NCBI GenBank assembly: GCA_040290255.1
Contig: PSMU01000003.1
Span: 32,001 to 96,000, forward strand
DNA from: Nitrososphaerota archaeon
GTDB taxonomy: Archaea > Thermoproteota > Nitrososphaeria > PSMU01
DNA length: 64,000 nucleotides
Reading direction: 5' to 3'
Shown here piece by piece: positions 9,099 to 18,766 of the stretch. Numbering within the stretch: position 1 is the stretch's first letter; each line of letters begins with the position of its first letter. The notes below the pieces were generated by a model, which saw nothing but the letters and a program-made list of their open reading frames with translations, ran no database searches and had not been told where the DNA came from. The translations under genes were made by a program, and so were the position numbers.

Positions 9099-10071
9099 CG
9101 ACGCTCATGCCCAGGTGCCTCGCGCGAAGCCGTGAGGCGTGCACCAGAACCCTTTCGCCCGGCCCGAGGGCTGTGATGGGCTGAGGAGAGCCTCCCTCAC
9201 GCACCAGGCAGATCGTCTCCGCATCCTGCAGCGTGATGCTGCCCTCCTCTCCCTCCAACGAGGCCCTGACGAGCTTTAGCGGCCGCCGCTCTATCTTCGA
9301 TCTGCCCACCGCGATGGGCCCGCCCACGCCCTCACTATCGACGACCAGCACCCTATCCCCGGCCCTGAGCTCGCAGAGGTACCTTGTGCTCATGTCCGGC
9401 ATCAGAACATAGCTGTGCACGGCGCCCGCGTTCACCCTGAAGGGCCTGGGAGGGACGAAGGCCGAGCCCTGGGTCTCGGCGTGCACAAGGAATAGAAAGG
9501 AGGCCCTGCTGCCCACGAGCAGGCCCGAGCCCTGGCGCAGCAGGCCAACGGTGTCGATGCAGGCCCTGTCGCCGGGGCCCAGCTCCAGCACCTCCTTGAC
9601 TTCGGCGGGCCTGAGCTCGAGCCACCTGTGCTCCCTCAGCACCTCCGCGAAGCGCCGTATCTCCGCGGGGTCTTCGCTCTCCAGCAGGGCCCCCGTCACG
9701 CCCCTCTCGAGCACATGTAGCAGCTGCCGCGCCTCCGAGGCGCTCCGGGCCGTGGCGTAGAGCCGGGCCTCGGCGGGAAGGCGCGCCAGCAGGTTCTCGA
9801 TCGGAATTATCTTCCAATCCTGGGCCTCGACGAGCACCCTCGCATGCCGCGCCGCTAGGCCGATCACCTGCTCCAGGTCCTCCGGCCCGCTGACCCTGGC
9901 CAGCCGCAGCGCCCCCTCATGCCCCTCCCCTTGGCGCGCCAGCAGAAGCGCGCCCTCGAGGCCGGGCAGGGGGGCCCTGAGGACGGGGATGAGGCCGAGC
10001 TCTGCTGCGAGAGCTGCGAGCCTGCGCGCCCTCCCCTCATCCTGGGGCAATAGCAAAAGCCCCTCCTTCAT
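9076..10071 (-). CDS. aroB': 3-dehydroquinate synthase II (archaeal AroB')
   Basis: WKIIPIENL, GDRACIDT, RPFRVNAGAVHSY, KIERRPL and LQDAETI motifs. Confidence 0.93.
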   Translation of the reverse strand: MKEGLLLLPQDEGRARRLAALAAELGLIPVLRAPLPGLEGALLLARQGEGHEGALRLARVSGPEDLEQVIGLAARHARVLVEAQDWKIIPIENLLARLPAEARLYATARSASEARQLLHVLERGVTGALLESEDPAEIRRFAEVLREHRWLELRPAEVKEVLELGPGDRACIDTVGLLRQGSGLLVGSRASFLFLVHAETQGSAFVPPRPFRVNAGAVHSYVLMPDMSTRYLCELRAGDRVLVVDSEGVGGPIAVGRSKIERRPLKLVRASLEGEEGSITLQDAETICLVREGGSPQPITALGPGERVLVHASRLRARHLGMSVDEFIIEK

Positions 10072-10853
10072 GCCGCCAACCTCCTGAGGGCCTGCTCCAC
10101 GGGCCTCCTCCTCAGCACGACATCGGCCAGGGCCCTGATCATGCCGAGGGGGTTCTCATGCTGAAACACGTTTCTGCCGAAGGCCACGCCGGCCGCGCCG
10201 GCGCGCATGGCGCCGGCCGCCATCTCCAGCACCTCTTTGTCGCTCTCGGCCCTAGGCCCTCCCGCTATGACCACAGGAACAGGGCAGCCCCTTACCACCG
10301 CCCTAAACGAATCGGGGTCCCCGGTGTAGACGGTCTTGACGATATCGGCCCCCAGCTCGGCGCCCACGCGGGCCACATGCGCGACGACCGCGGGATCATG
10401 GGGATCCTTGATGTTCTCGCCCCTGGGGTACATCATAGCTATGAGCGGGAGCTGCCATGCATCGCACTGCTCCGCCACGAGGCCCAGCTTCTCCAGCATC
10501 AGCGGCTCCTCCTTTGTCCCTATGTTCACGTGCACGGAAAGCGCATCGACCCCAAGGCGAAGGGCCTCGCGCACGCTGCTCACCCTGACCTTCCAGTTGG
10601 GCGCCGAGGAGAGCATGGTGCTCGCGGAGACGTGCAGGATTAGGCCCAGCCGCGGAGGCCGGGCAAGAGACCTGAGGATCCCCTTGTGGGCCAGCAGCGC
10701 GGTCGCCCCTCCCCTCTCCAGCTGCTGCACAAGGCGCTGCGGCTCCTCAAGGCCCCTGATGGGCCCGACGCTGACGCCGTGGTCGATGGGCACGCAGAGC
10801 ATCCTCCCCTCCCTGAGCAGCCTCGAGAGCCTCGTGGCCTTGCCGTTGGGCAC
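10068..10853 (-). CDS. aroA': 2-amino-3,7-dideoxy-D-threo-hept-6-ulosonate (ADH) synthase, DhnA-type class I aldolase
   Basis: PIDHGVSVGP, MMYPRG, ELGADIVKT and GRNVFQ motifs; directly upstream of aroB'. Confidence 0.92.
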   Translation of the reverse strand: MPNGKATRLSRLLREGRMLCVPIDHGVSVGPIRGLEEPQRLVQQLERGGATALLAHKGILRSLARPPRLGLILHVSASTMLSSAPNWKVRVSSVREALRLGVDALSVHVNIGTKEEPLMLEKLGLVAEQCDAWQLPLIAMMYPRGENIKDPHDPAVVAHVARVGAELGADIVKTVYTGDPDSFRAVVRGCPVPVVIAGGPRAESDKEVLEMAAGAMRAGAAGVAFGRNVFQHENPLGMIRALADVVLRRRPVEQALRRLAA

Positions 10854-10854
10854 A

Positions 10855-11919
10855 CTAGCTCCCCCCCAAGAGGCCCAGCGCGGCGAGCAGCTCCGCGGCC
10901 AAGATCGCCCCTCCGGCCCCTCCCCTTATCTCGTTGTGCACCAGCAGGCTGAGCTTTAGCGCGTTTGAAGCCTGTGCGCGCCGAATCCTGCCCACCACCA
11001 CGCTCATGCCCGGCACGCTGCCCGCCTCGCTGTCTATGCGGGGCTGCGGCCTGTCCTGCTCCTCGACGACCAGGATGGGCCTGCCCGGGGCCGAGGGCAG
11101 CTTCAGGCGCTGGGGAAGGCCCGTGAAGCCTGCGAGCGCCTCGCGGGCCTGCTCAGGCGTCACATCTCTCTTGAACTCCACGAGCGCCGATTCCAGGTGC
11201 CCCTCGACCGTGGGCACCCTGTGGCACATGGCCTCTACCGCGAGGTCGGCTTCCTGGACGCCCCCGTCGACGAGCCTGCCCAAGATCTTCCTCGTTTCCC
11301 TCTCGACCTTCTCCTCCTCGCCCTCGATGTAGGGGATCACGTTGCCGAGGATGTCCAGCGCCGATAGGCCAGGATATCCCGCGCCCGATATCGATTGTAG
11401 CGTGCTCACGACGACCCTCTTGATGCCGAAGGCTTCATGAAGCGGCTTGAGGGCGAGACCGAGGCCGACGGCCGTGCAGTTGGGCGTGGCCAGGAGGAAG
11501 CCGCGCCACCCCCTCCTCGCCCTCTGCGTGCGCAGCAGCTCCAGGTGCTCCGGGTTCACCTCGGGGATGAGCAGGGGCACATCGGCCTCCAGCCTGTGCG
11601 CGCTCGAATCGCTCAGCACGGCGAAGCCGCGCCCGGCGAACAGCGGTTCCTTCTCCGCCGCCGCCCGCGCGGGCAGCGCGGAAAAGATCAGGTCCGCCTC
11701 CAGGGCCTCCGGCTTGGCCTCCTGCACCACGAGCTCATCCAGCAGGCGATGACGCCTCAGCCTCAGCGGGCCGCGCACAAGCTCCGAGTATCGCCTCCCC
11801 ACGCTGCCATGGCCCGCGACGGCGCTCAGGCGCAGGAAGGGATGGTCCAGCAGCAGCTCCACGTACCTCTGCCCTATGATGCCCGTCGCCCCCAGCACCG
11901 CCACGCGCAGCTCGCGCAT
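10855..11919 (-). CDS. asd: Aspartate-semialdehyde dehydrogenase (archaeal type)
   Basis: ATG at 11919 (TGATG overlap) gives MRELRVAVLGATG. PEVN, catalytic PNC, QSISGAG and HNEIRG motifs. Confidence 0.95.
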   Translation of the reverse strand: MRELRVAVLGATGIIGQRYVELLLDHPFLRLSAVAGHGSVGRRYSELVRGPLRLRRHRLLDELVVQEAKPEALEADLIFSALPARAAAEKEPLFAGRGFAVLSDSSAHRLEADVPLLIPEVNPEHLELLRTQRARRGWRGFLLATPNCTAVGLGLALKPLHEAFGIKRVVVSTLQSISGAGYPGLSALDILGNVIPYIEGEEEKVERETRKILGRLVDGGVQEADLAVEAMCHRVPTVEGHLESALVEFKRDVTPEQAREALAGFTGLPQRLKLPSAPGRPILVVEEQDRPQPRIDSEAGSVPGMSVVVGRIRRAQASNALKLSLLVHNEIRGGAGGAILAAELLAALGLLGGS

Positions 11920-13126
11920 CAGCCGCTCAGCCCCCTCCCGATGAGCTCGCGGGCCTCCTCCGCCCTCTGCGCATCCACGAAGAGATGTACCGAGGAGCTG
12001 AGGGTGACCAGGCCGTAGGCGTTTATGCCCCTTTCGGCCAAGGGCCTCAGCGCGCTGGCGAGGATGCCAGGCCTGAGCTCCAGCTGGCCGCCCGTGATCA
12101 CCAGCTCGGCCAGGTTCTCGAGCTGGGAGACCGCCTTGGCCTTTCCCCGCGCGACGAGCAGCCCATGAAGGACCTGGCCCGCGCCGGGGCCCCCCTCCAG
12201 GCAGAGCAGGAGCGCGCGGTCTGAAAGGACGCACAGTGAGCACGAGAGGCCGGCCCGGCGCAGCTCGGAAAGCAGCTCCGCCGACCCCTCCCCCTCCGAA
12301 GGCAGAACCGAGGCAAGCGTCACGTTCCTAGAGCCAAGGCGCACGCCCAGCGCGGGCGCGGGCCCCTCGATCTCCGTGCCCCCGCGCTCCAGTTCGGCGA
12401 GGCTGGTCACCCTTATCTTCATGCCCTCGCGCAGCAGCCTCAGCGCCTTGGGCTGCACAAGCCTCGCGCCGCCGTTGGTGAGCAGCAGCGCCTCCTCGGC
12501 GCTAAGGCGAGGGAGCCTCGTTGCCGTCGGGAGGCCCTTGGGGTCGCCCGAATAGACGCCGTCCACGTCCTTCACCAGGATCACCTCACGGGCGCCCAGG
12601 CAGCTGGCCAGGAGCACCGCGCTCGCATCGCTTCCCCCTCGCCCAAGCGTGGTGACCCTTCCGCGGCGCGTCTTGCCCAGGTAGCCGCAGACGACGGGCA
12701 CCTTGCCCCTGGAGAGCAGGGGGAGGAGGACCCTCCTGGCCCTCTGCCGGCTCAGCTCGTACAGCGGGTTCGCATCTTGGTGGCGCGCATCCGTGACCAC
12801 CGGCCAGGACCTTGAGCTGGGCTCCACCAGGGCTGGGCTCAGCCCCTCGAGCTGCAGCGCCGCGCAGAAGAGCCTCGCGCTGGTGCGCTCGCCCATGGAG
12901 AGGATCTCATCCACCAGCTCCGGCGAGGGAGGGCCCAGCTCCTGGGCGAGCCTGGCCAGGCCGTCGGTGGCCCCCTTCAGGGCGGAGACGACCACCAGCG
13001 GCCTTAGGCCTCTGGTGTAGAGGGCCTTACCGCTCGGGCGGCCCTTCTTATAGAAGCGGGGCTATCTAAGATCGACCCGCCGAACTTTATGATACATATT
13101 GGCGGGGCATCACCGCATCCCTCCAT
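11919..13126 (-). CDS. lysC: Aspartokinase with a 1-nt frameshift near 13025 (pseudogene or sequencing error)
   Basis: The upstream frame gives MEGCGDAPPICIIKFGGSILDS..AVR then a stop. The downstream frame continues ALYTRGLRPLVVVSALKGATD..GE..TTLGRGGSD..KDVDGVY, followed by ACT-like C-terminal domains. Confidence 0.85.
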
Positions 13127-13137
13127 TGGCGGGGCAT
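13098..13137. repeat. 13-bp direct repeat ATTGGCGGGGCAT x2
   Basis: Identical copies at 13098-13110 and 13125-13137, spanning the lysC start. Confidence 0.7.
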
Positions 13138-13189
13138 GCTTTACCTCCTGGCGCGCCTTCGGCCCAACATATTTAAGCGTTCGTGCACG

Positions 13190-15304
13190 TCAATATTCAA
13201 ATTCGAATTCTGGCTCAGGAGGGGGCGCTTCAGCCCTTCGCACGTGCGAGCCCTCCGCCCTCCTGACGAACCTGTAAAGCTCATTAACGCTCGCATGGCC
13301 GAAGACCTCTTCGTCATGAGTTATGATCACGATCTGCTGCAGCGGGGCCTCGCCGGCGTTGAACCTGTTCAGCAGGGTGACCAGGGCCTCCTTCCTCTCC
13401 CTGTCCAGGTGCGCGGTGGGCTCATCTAGGATGATGAAGTCCAGCCGTCCCTTGCTCGTGAGCGCGGCCATGCCGAACCTCAGCGCGAGGGCGACGGCCA
13501 CCCTCTCGCCCCCGCTGAGCGCGTTGATGCTGATTTCCCCCCTTGGGCCCCTGCAGATGATGTCCAGGGCCCTCTTGCCCTCCCGCAGCTCCAGCGCCGC
13601 GATGCCCAGCTCGAAGAGCCTTACATATTCCGTGGCCCTCCGGGCGATCTCGCCCAGCGCCCAGCTCCTGAGGCTCAGGGCCAGGAGGCCATCCCTATGG
13701 TAGACCTTCTGCCTCATCTCCTCGAGCAGGGCCAAAAGCCGAGCCCCGGGCTCCAGCAGCTGCAGCGCGCGCTCAAGCTGCCGCGCCTCATCCTCTAACC
13801 GCGCGACCTCCGCCTGAAGGGCCGCGATCGCCTGCAGCTTTGCCTCCCTCTGGGCCCGAAGCGTACCCAGCTGGCGCTCCAGCGCCTCATACGCTTCGCG
13901 CTCAAAGGCCCTCGCCTCCTCCTCAAGCACGCTGAGCTGCGCCACGAGCTGCGCCGCGTGCTCGTCCACCGCCAGCGCGCTGAGTGGGAGGCGCTGCAGG
14001 TCCTGCCGAAGGCCCAGCAGCCTCTCCCTCTCCTGCCTCAGCTGCTCGGTTAACTTATCGAGGTCCTCGGGGCCTGAGATGCCTTTGGCCTCGAGCCAGC
14101 TGGCGGCCTCCCTGGCCTCCTGAAGCTCGGCCTGCAGGCGAGCCCTTTGCTCGCCCAGGGCCCTCAGCTCCTCCGCGAGCTGCCTGAGCCGCGCCCTCGT
14201 GCCGCTCAGCTCCTGCTCGAGGTGCGACCTGTCGAAGAGCGGGTTTATCCTCTCCACCCTCGCTCCGCAGACCGGACAGATGCCGCTTCTGAATTCGAGC
14301 CTCTCCGCCAGCTTCAGCTGCTCCTGGAGGCGCGCCTCCTGCGCCTGCAGCTGCTCCAGCAACGCCCTCCTCTGGCCCTCGAGCTCTTCCGCCCGCGCAA
14401 GGGCCAGCTCCAGCTGGGCGCGCTTCGAGCCCTGCTCCAGCTTCGGCGCGGCCCTCCTTAAGGTATCTTCTAGCTCCCGCGCGTGGGCCTCCGCGGCCTG
14501 CTTCCATCGCCGCACGTAGCCGATCAGGCTCTCCTTCAGGCCCGTGTACCTGGCATGCGCCTCCCGCAGCCTCAGCTGCTCCTGCCTCCTCCGCTCCAGA
14601 AGGCGCTCCTCTTCTTCCAGCTTAGCCATCTCCTCCTTGAGCTGGGCCAGCTGCTCCGCCTTCTCCCGGGCCTGGCCCTGCGCGCTCTCCAGTTCCTGGC
14701 GGAGTTGAGGGAGGGCTTGGTCATCGTAGCCACACCTTTCCCTGAGCCTGGCCCTCAGCCCCTTTAGCACCTCGTTCATGGCCTCGTAGGCCCTGTCCAG
14801 GCGGTCTATGCCCACGATGGAGTTGATGAGCTCCTTGAACCTCTTGGGGTCGTACTCGATGATCGCGTCGAGCTGGCCCTGCTGAATGACGGCGGCCACC
14901 CTCAGCTTCTCATAGTCGAGGCCCAGCAGCTCCTGCACGGCCCTGCCCATGGACTCCTCCAGCCCCTTTCTCTCGCCGGCTATGAGGCTCCTGCGCTCCT
15001 CCCCGCGCAGCTCGGCCAGCAGGGCGCCCATGAGGCGCCCCCTTGCATCGAACTTCCTCTCCGCCCTGAACCTCCTTCCGTTCACGGAGAAGGTGACGGC
15101 CGCCCACCCCTCGCGGGCCCCCCTCCTCACCAAGTTCGCGTTCTCCCCCCTTGTATGCTCTCCGAAGAGCGCGTAGGTCACGGCATCTATTATGGAGCTC
15201 TTGCCGGCCCCGTTGGGGCCTACAAAGACATTTACGCCCTCGGCCAGGCGCAGCTTCGTATCTTTGTGCGATAGGAAGTTGACCAGCTCGACCTCCTCTA
15301 ACAT
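13190..15304 (-). CDS. rad50: Rad50/SbcC SMC-like ATPase
   Basis: Walker A GPNGAGKSS, Q-loop QQG, coiled coils with CPVC zinc hook, LSGGE, LDEPT and ITHD. Confidence 0.95.
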   Translation of the reverse strand: MLEEVELVNFLSHKDTKLRLAEGVNVFVGPNGAGKSSIIDAVTYALFGEHTRGENANLVRRGAREGWAAVTFSVNGRRFRAERKFDARGRLMGALLAELRGEERRSLIAGERKGLEESMGRAVQELLGLDYEKLRVAAVIQQGQLDAIIEYDPKRFKELINSIVGIDRLDRAYEAMNEVLKGLRARLRERCGYDDQALPQLRQELESAQGQAREKAEQLAQLKEEMAKLEEEERLLERRRQEQLRLREAHARYTGLKESLIGYVRRWKQAAEAHARELEDTLRRAAPKLEQGSKRAQLELALARAEELEGQRRALLEQLQAQEARLQEQLKLAERLEFRSGICPVCGARVERINPLFDRSHLEQELSGTRARLRQLAEELRALGEQRARLQAELQEAREAASWLEAKGISGPEDLDKLTEQLRQERERLLGLRQDLQRLPLSALAVDEHAAQLVAQLSVLEEEARAFEREAYEALERQLGTLRAQREAKLQAIAALQAEVARLEDEARQLERALQLLEPGARLLALLEEMRQKVYHRDGLLALSLRSWALGEIARRATEYVRLFELGIAALELREGKRALDIICRGPRGEISINALSGGERVAVALALRFGMAALTSKGRLDFIILDEPTAHLDRERKEALVTLLNRFNAGEAPLQQIVIITHDEEVFGHASVNELYRFVRRAEGSHVRRAEAPPPEPEFEFEY

Positions 15305-16440
15305 GTCGCGCTCCCCCGCTCGATCATCTTCCAGAGCCGCTCCGTGGCCTCCGCCGCCTTGCCCTCGGCAAGGAGGGGAAGCAGGTCAAGTATTGCCAGC
15401 CTGGCGCTCTGCTCGCTCCCTAGGATCTCAGCCGCCAGGCGCAGCGTCTCCGCATCTATGTCCGGCGGGGCCGCATAGCGCTCCGGTATGCCCTCCTCCA
15501 GCGGCTGCACGTCCAAGTAAAGCGAGGCCTCCCTTAGGGCGCTAAGGCGCGCCTCCAGGGCCTCCTGCCTGATGCCCTTGCCCCTTACCCTGAGCCTTAT
15601 GATGGGCTTCTTCGCATAGCGGCCCACCTCCTCCAGCAGCGAGCGCACGAGGGTCTCGAGCTGCTCATAGCGAACGTCGAGCACCCTCTGGGGCCGGGTG
15701 GAGCGGAGCCTCACCCACTCCGCCGAAGCCTCCCGAGAGGAGAGGTCCACGATATAGTAGCCCTTCTCGAACCCGGTGCCTCCCTCCAGGCTGGGCTCCA
15801 GCGAGATCACGTCCAGGGAGCCTGGGTAGCACACGGGCCCCCCCAGGCCGGGGAAGCGCTTCTCCCACCTAAAATGAAGGTCGCCCATGGCGTAGTAGTC
15901 AAAGTTCTTCGGCAGCGCCTCGTGGCTCAGGCGGCCCGCGAACTGGTGCGCCTCCCTCAACGTCTGGTGCAGGACGAGCACCTTCTTGCCCTCCAGCCCC
16001 GCCGCGCGGGCCTCCGCGGCCCTGAGCCTTGCCTCCAGCTCCTCCAGCTCGGAGGGCCTGTGCTCCCTAAAGCCCAAGATCACGAGCTCGCCGTCCCTCC
16101 ACGGCTCCTCCCTCTCCACGTACCTGGCCAGGCCTATGCGCTCATAGAGCAGGGCCACCGGCGCATGGGGCAGGCGCGCGATGTCGTGGTTGCCCAGCGT
16201 AAAATAGAAGGAGATCCCCCTCTCCTTCAGGCGCCTGAGCTCCTCGAGCAGGCGGAGCAGCGGCCTCCCGCCAGGCCTTGGGCTGTCGAAGATGTCCCCC
16301 GCGTGTATGACGCACTTCACGTGCTCCCTTATGGCGGCCTCCACGGCTTCGCCCAGCGACTCATAGAGGTCCTCCTCCCTCTCCTCCAGGTTGAACTGAG
16401 CGCGCCCCAGGTGTGTATCAGAAATGTGGAGCAGCTGCAA
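15298..16440 (-). CDS. mre11: Mre11/SbcD nuclease
   Basis: SDTHLG, AGDIFD, GNHD, VLHQ and YYAMGDLH phosphoesterase motifs. Confidence 0.95.
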   Translation of the reverse strand: MQLLHISDTHLGRAQFNLEEREEDLYESLGEAVEAAIREHVKCVIHAGDIFDSPRPGGRPLLRLLEELRRLKERGISFYFTLGNHDIARLPHAPVALLYERIGLARYVEREEPWRDGELVILGFREHRPSELEELEARLRAAEARAAGLEGKKVLVLHQTLREAHQFAGRLSHEALPKNFDYYAMGDLHFRWEKRFPGLGGPVCYPGSLDVISLEPSLEGGTGFEKGYYIVDLSSREASAEWVRLRSTRPQRVLDVRYEQLETLVRSLLEEVGRYAKKPIIRLRVRGKGIRQEALEARLSALREASLYLDVQPLEEGIPERYAAPPDIDAETLRLAAEILGSEQSARLAILDLLPLLAEGKAAEATERLWKMIERGSATC

Positions 16441-16442
16441 GC

Positions 16443-17924
16443 CTACTCCCTAAGGAACTCCGAGGCGCTTTCCCTGGCCACCTCCTTTCCCCTCCGCCTG
16501 CGGCCCCACTCGTGGACGGCATCGATGTCCCTTCCGGCCAGCTTTTCCTCCGCCTGGTCGAGCATCACGAGCGTGGGCAACGTCACCCAGCGGCCCAGCA
16601 GTATCGCCTCGCCGGGGTTGAGGGAGGGAAGATAGGTGGCCATCTGCTCGCTTAGCTCGCCCGTCGCCTCGATGATGTACTGCTGGTCGCGCGGCTGTGT
16701 AAGGTTCATCACGGCCAGCGAGCCCATCTGGCTCAGTGCGTCCTGGTCCAGCTTCGAGGGCCTCTGCGAAATCAGTATGAGCGCCAGCCCGAACTTCCTG
16801 CCCTCCCTGGCAACCCGCGCTGCGACGGGCTTGGTCCACGTATCTCGGTCCCCGGGGAGAAACGTGTGCGCCTCCTCCAGCGCGCACAGCACGGGGACGT
16901 CGGCGAACTTCGAGCGCTTAGCCTTTTTATCCAGTAGCAGATCATCTAGGTACCAGGCGATGAGCAGGTCCGCTTGGGCCTCGGACAGGTCCGAGAGGTC
17001 GACGATGTTAACGGCATCGGGCCTAAGCGCCTCCAGCGTGCTGCCATATCCCGGTTCCAGGATACGCCCCATCCTCATCAGGGTCTGCCTCAGTTGTCTT
17101 AGCACCGCCTCCTTGGTCTCCTCCTTGGCCTTTTCATCCTGCTCGATGAAGGCCTCCAACCTCTCCCAGTAGCCCTGCGCCTGGTTCCCGGCGCTCCGTT
17201 GGGCCCTCACCACGAGATCCCTCTGTCTACTGGCGGAGGGCCTTATGTCCAGCAGGTCGGCGAGCTCGTCCCCGCTCAGGCGTAGCGGGTCCAGCTTGGG
17301 CTGGACTAGGTGCTTGGCGCGCACCTTAAGTTCGCCGTACTCGCCGTGGTAATCGAAGATGATGATGGTCCCGCCCAGCTCCGAGATGTGCTTAGCGAGC
17401 AGCGCGAGGAGGTTGGACTTGCCGCTGCCCGTCTTGGCCAGGATAGCTAGGTGCCGGCTGGCCACCGCGTTGACGTTAACCTTAACGGGCACGGCGCGCC
17501 TGCGCAGCAGGGCGCCCACCCTCACCCACTGTGGGCCTTGGGGCGAAAAGACCTGGGCTAAGTCGTCCTCCCCAACCTCCTCGACCGGCTCGCCGGGCAT
17601 AGGGGGGAGCGAGGGCTTCATTAGACGGCCCTGCTTAAGCTCCTCCAGCAGGCCCAGCGAGTAGACCTCAGCCGAATAGAGCTTGTCCCTCGGATTTTCC
17701 GAGGCGCTCCGGCTGGTCTCGGCCGCCGATTGGTAGTTGGTCGCCAGGTCGAGCGCGTGGCTGTGGACCGGGGCCCTCTCCACGAGGCCCAGGATGTGGC
17801 CCTCGCCATCGCGCACCCTCACGTATTCGCCCACGCGAATCGGCCTGCCGGCTATGATGCTGAACCGATGCGGCTCGGCGCCGCTGCGCACATAGCCCAG
17901 GGGCCCAGAGCTAGGAGAGGACAT
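16443..17924 (-). CDS. herA: HerA helicase/translocase
   Basis: HAS-barrel N-terminus, RHLAILAKTGSGKS, DYHGEY, EEAH, REGRKFG and SQRP. Confidence 0.93.
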   Translation of the reverse strand: MSSPSSGPLGYVRSGAEPHRFSIIAGRPIRVGEYVRVRDGEGHILGLVERAPVHSHALDLATNYQSAAETSRSASENPRDKLYSAEVYSLGLLEELKQGRLMKPSLPPMPGEPVEEVGEDDLAQVFSPQGPQWVRVGALLRRRAVPVKVNVNAVASRHLAILAKTGSGKSNLLALLAKHISELGGTIIIFDYHGEYGELKVRAKHLVQPKLDPLRLSGDELADLLDIRPSASRQRDLVVRAQRSAGNQAQGYWERLEAFIEQDEKAKEETKEAVLRQLRQTLMRMGRILEPGYGSTLEALRPDAVNIVDLSDLSEAQADLLIAWYLDDLLLDKKAKRSKFADVPVLCALEEAHTFLPGDRDTWTKPVAARVAREGRKFGLALILISQRPSKLDQDALSQMGSLAVMNLTQPRDQQYIIEATGELSEQMATYLPSLNPGEAILLGRWVTLPTLVMLDQAEEKLAGRDIDAVHEWGRRRRGKEVARESASEFLRE

Positions 17925-18762
17925 CCCTGGCCCCCGCCTCGGCCTCCAGCCCTAAAAGCGCTGCGACCACGTTCAGGTCCTCCTTCCTTATCCTGACCTC
18001 CCGGTCCACCAGCCGCAACACGTTGGGATAACCGTGGACCTGCTGCGCGCTTAGCAGGTCCATGAGCTCCCTTGCCTCCTGCTCCTTGAGATCAACGGGG
18101 ACCTCCACCCTCAGCGCGGGCACGAAGTCCGCGAGCCGTGCGTAGAAGAAGGAGACCTTCCCCTCCACCTCCGGTTTCGTATATCCCGCCCAGGGGACCA
18201 GCGCGTTGAAGTAGGCCGTATCCCCCAGCTCTCCCCTGAGCAGCTTCGTGCTATAGGAGGCCTTGCTCACGAAGAGGAGCCTCTCCTTCCCCATTAAGTC
18301 GGTGAAGTAGTCGGCCATGCGCGTAGTCCTAAAGCTGCTCAGGTCGTAGAACCTAGCCAGCAGGGAGCCGTCGACCAACACGTAATCGGCCATATCATAG
18401 CACTCCACCGCCAGCTCATGCTCGAAGGCCATCCCCTTGCTCTGAAGGAGAAGCTTGGGCCTTGGGCCCACCCTCTTCCCCTCCCTGAGCGTCAGCGTCC
18501 CCACGTTGACCTCATATCTGGGGGAGCCCACAAAGCTCCCGTCGTCGGCCAGGGCCGCCGCGTCCACGGCATAGAGGAAGTAGCCCTGAAAGGCCCTGTA
18601 ATTCCACCCGCTATCGACGCCCACCATCCTCGCCGGCCTCGGCGAGGGCGTGTAGCGCACCCACAGCGCCTGGGCGCGTTCCCTGAAGCGGGTTATGCCC
18701 TGTAACCTCTGCCTGATCTCGTCCTGCCTTTCGTTCAGTTCGCGGAGCAGCCCCGCCAGCAT
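17911..18762 (-). CDS. nurA: NurA 5'-3' nuclease
   Basis: GVDSG, LVDGSL, VSK and GYP motifs; likely ATG at 18762; first gene of nurA-herA-mre11-rad50. Confidence 0.88.
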   Translation of the reverse strand: MLAGLLRELNERQDEIRQRLQGITRFRERAQALWVRYTPSPRPARMVGVDSGWNYRAFQGYFLYAVDAAALADDGSFVGSPRYEVNVGTLTLREGKRVGPRPKLLLQSKGMAFEHELAVECYDMADYVLVDGSLLARFYDLSSFRTTRMADYFTDLMGKERLLFVSKASYSTKLLRGELGDTAYFNALVPWAGYTKPEVEGKVSFFYARLADFVPALRVEVPVDLKEQEARELMDLLSAQQVHGYPNVLRLVDREVRIRKEDLNVVAALLGLEAEAGARDVLS

Positions 18763-18766
18763 GCGC

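Noticed and set aside
11920-12243. 108-aa N-terminal extension of asd in the ORF track
   Set aside because: It overlaps the lysC coding region; the real start is the ATG at 11919.
13700-14800. Quasi-repetitive CTG/GAG/CAG-rich DNA
   Set aside because: Explained by the Rad50 coiled-coil codon composition.
13190-18762. nurA-herA-mre11-rad50 as a novel defence system
   Set aside because: This is the well-known archaeal double-strand-break resection operon.
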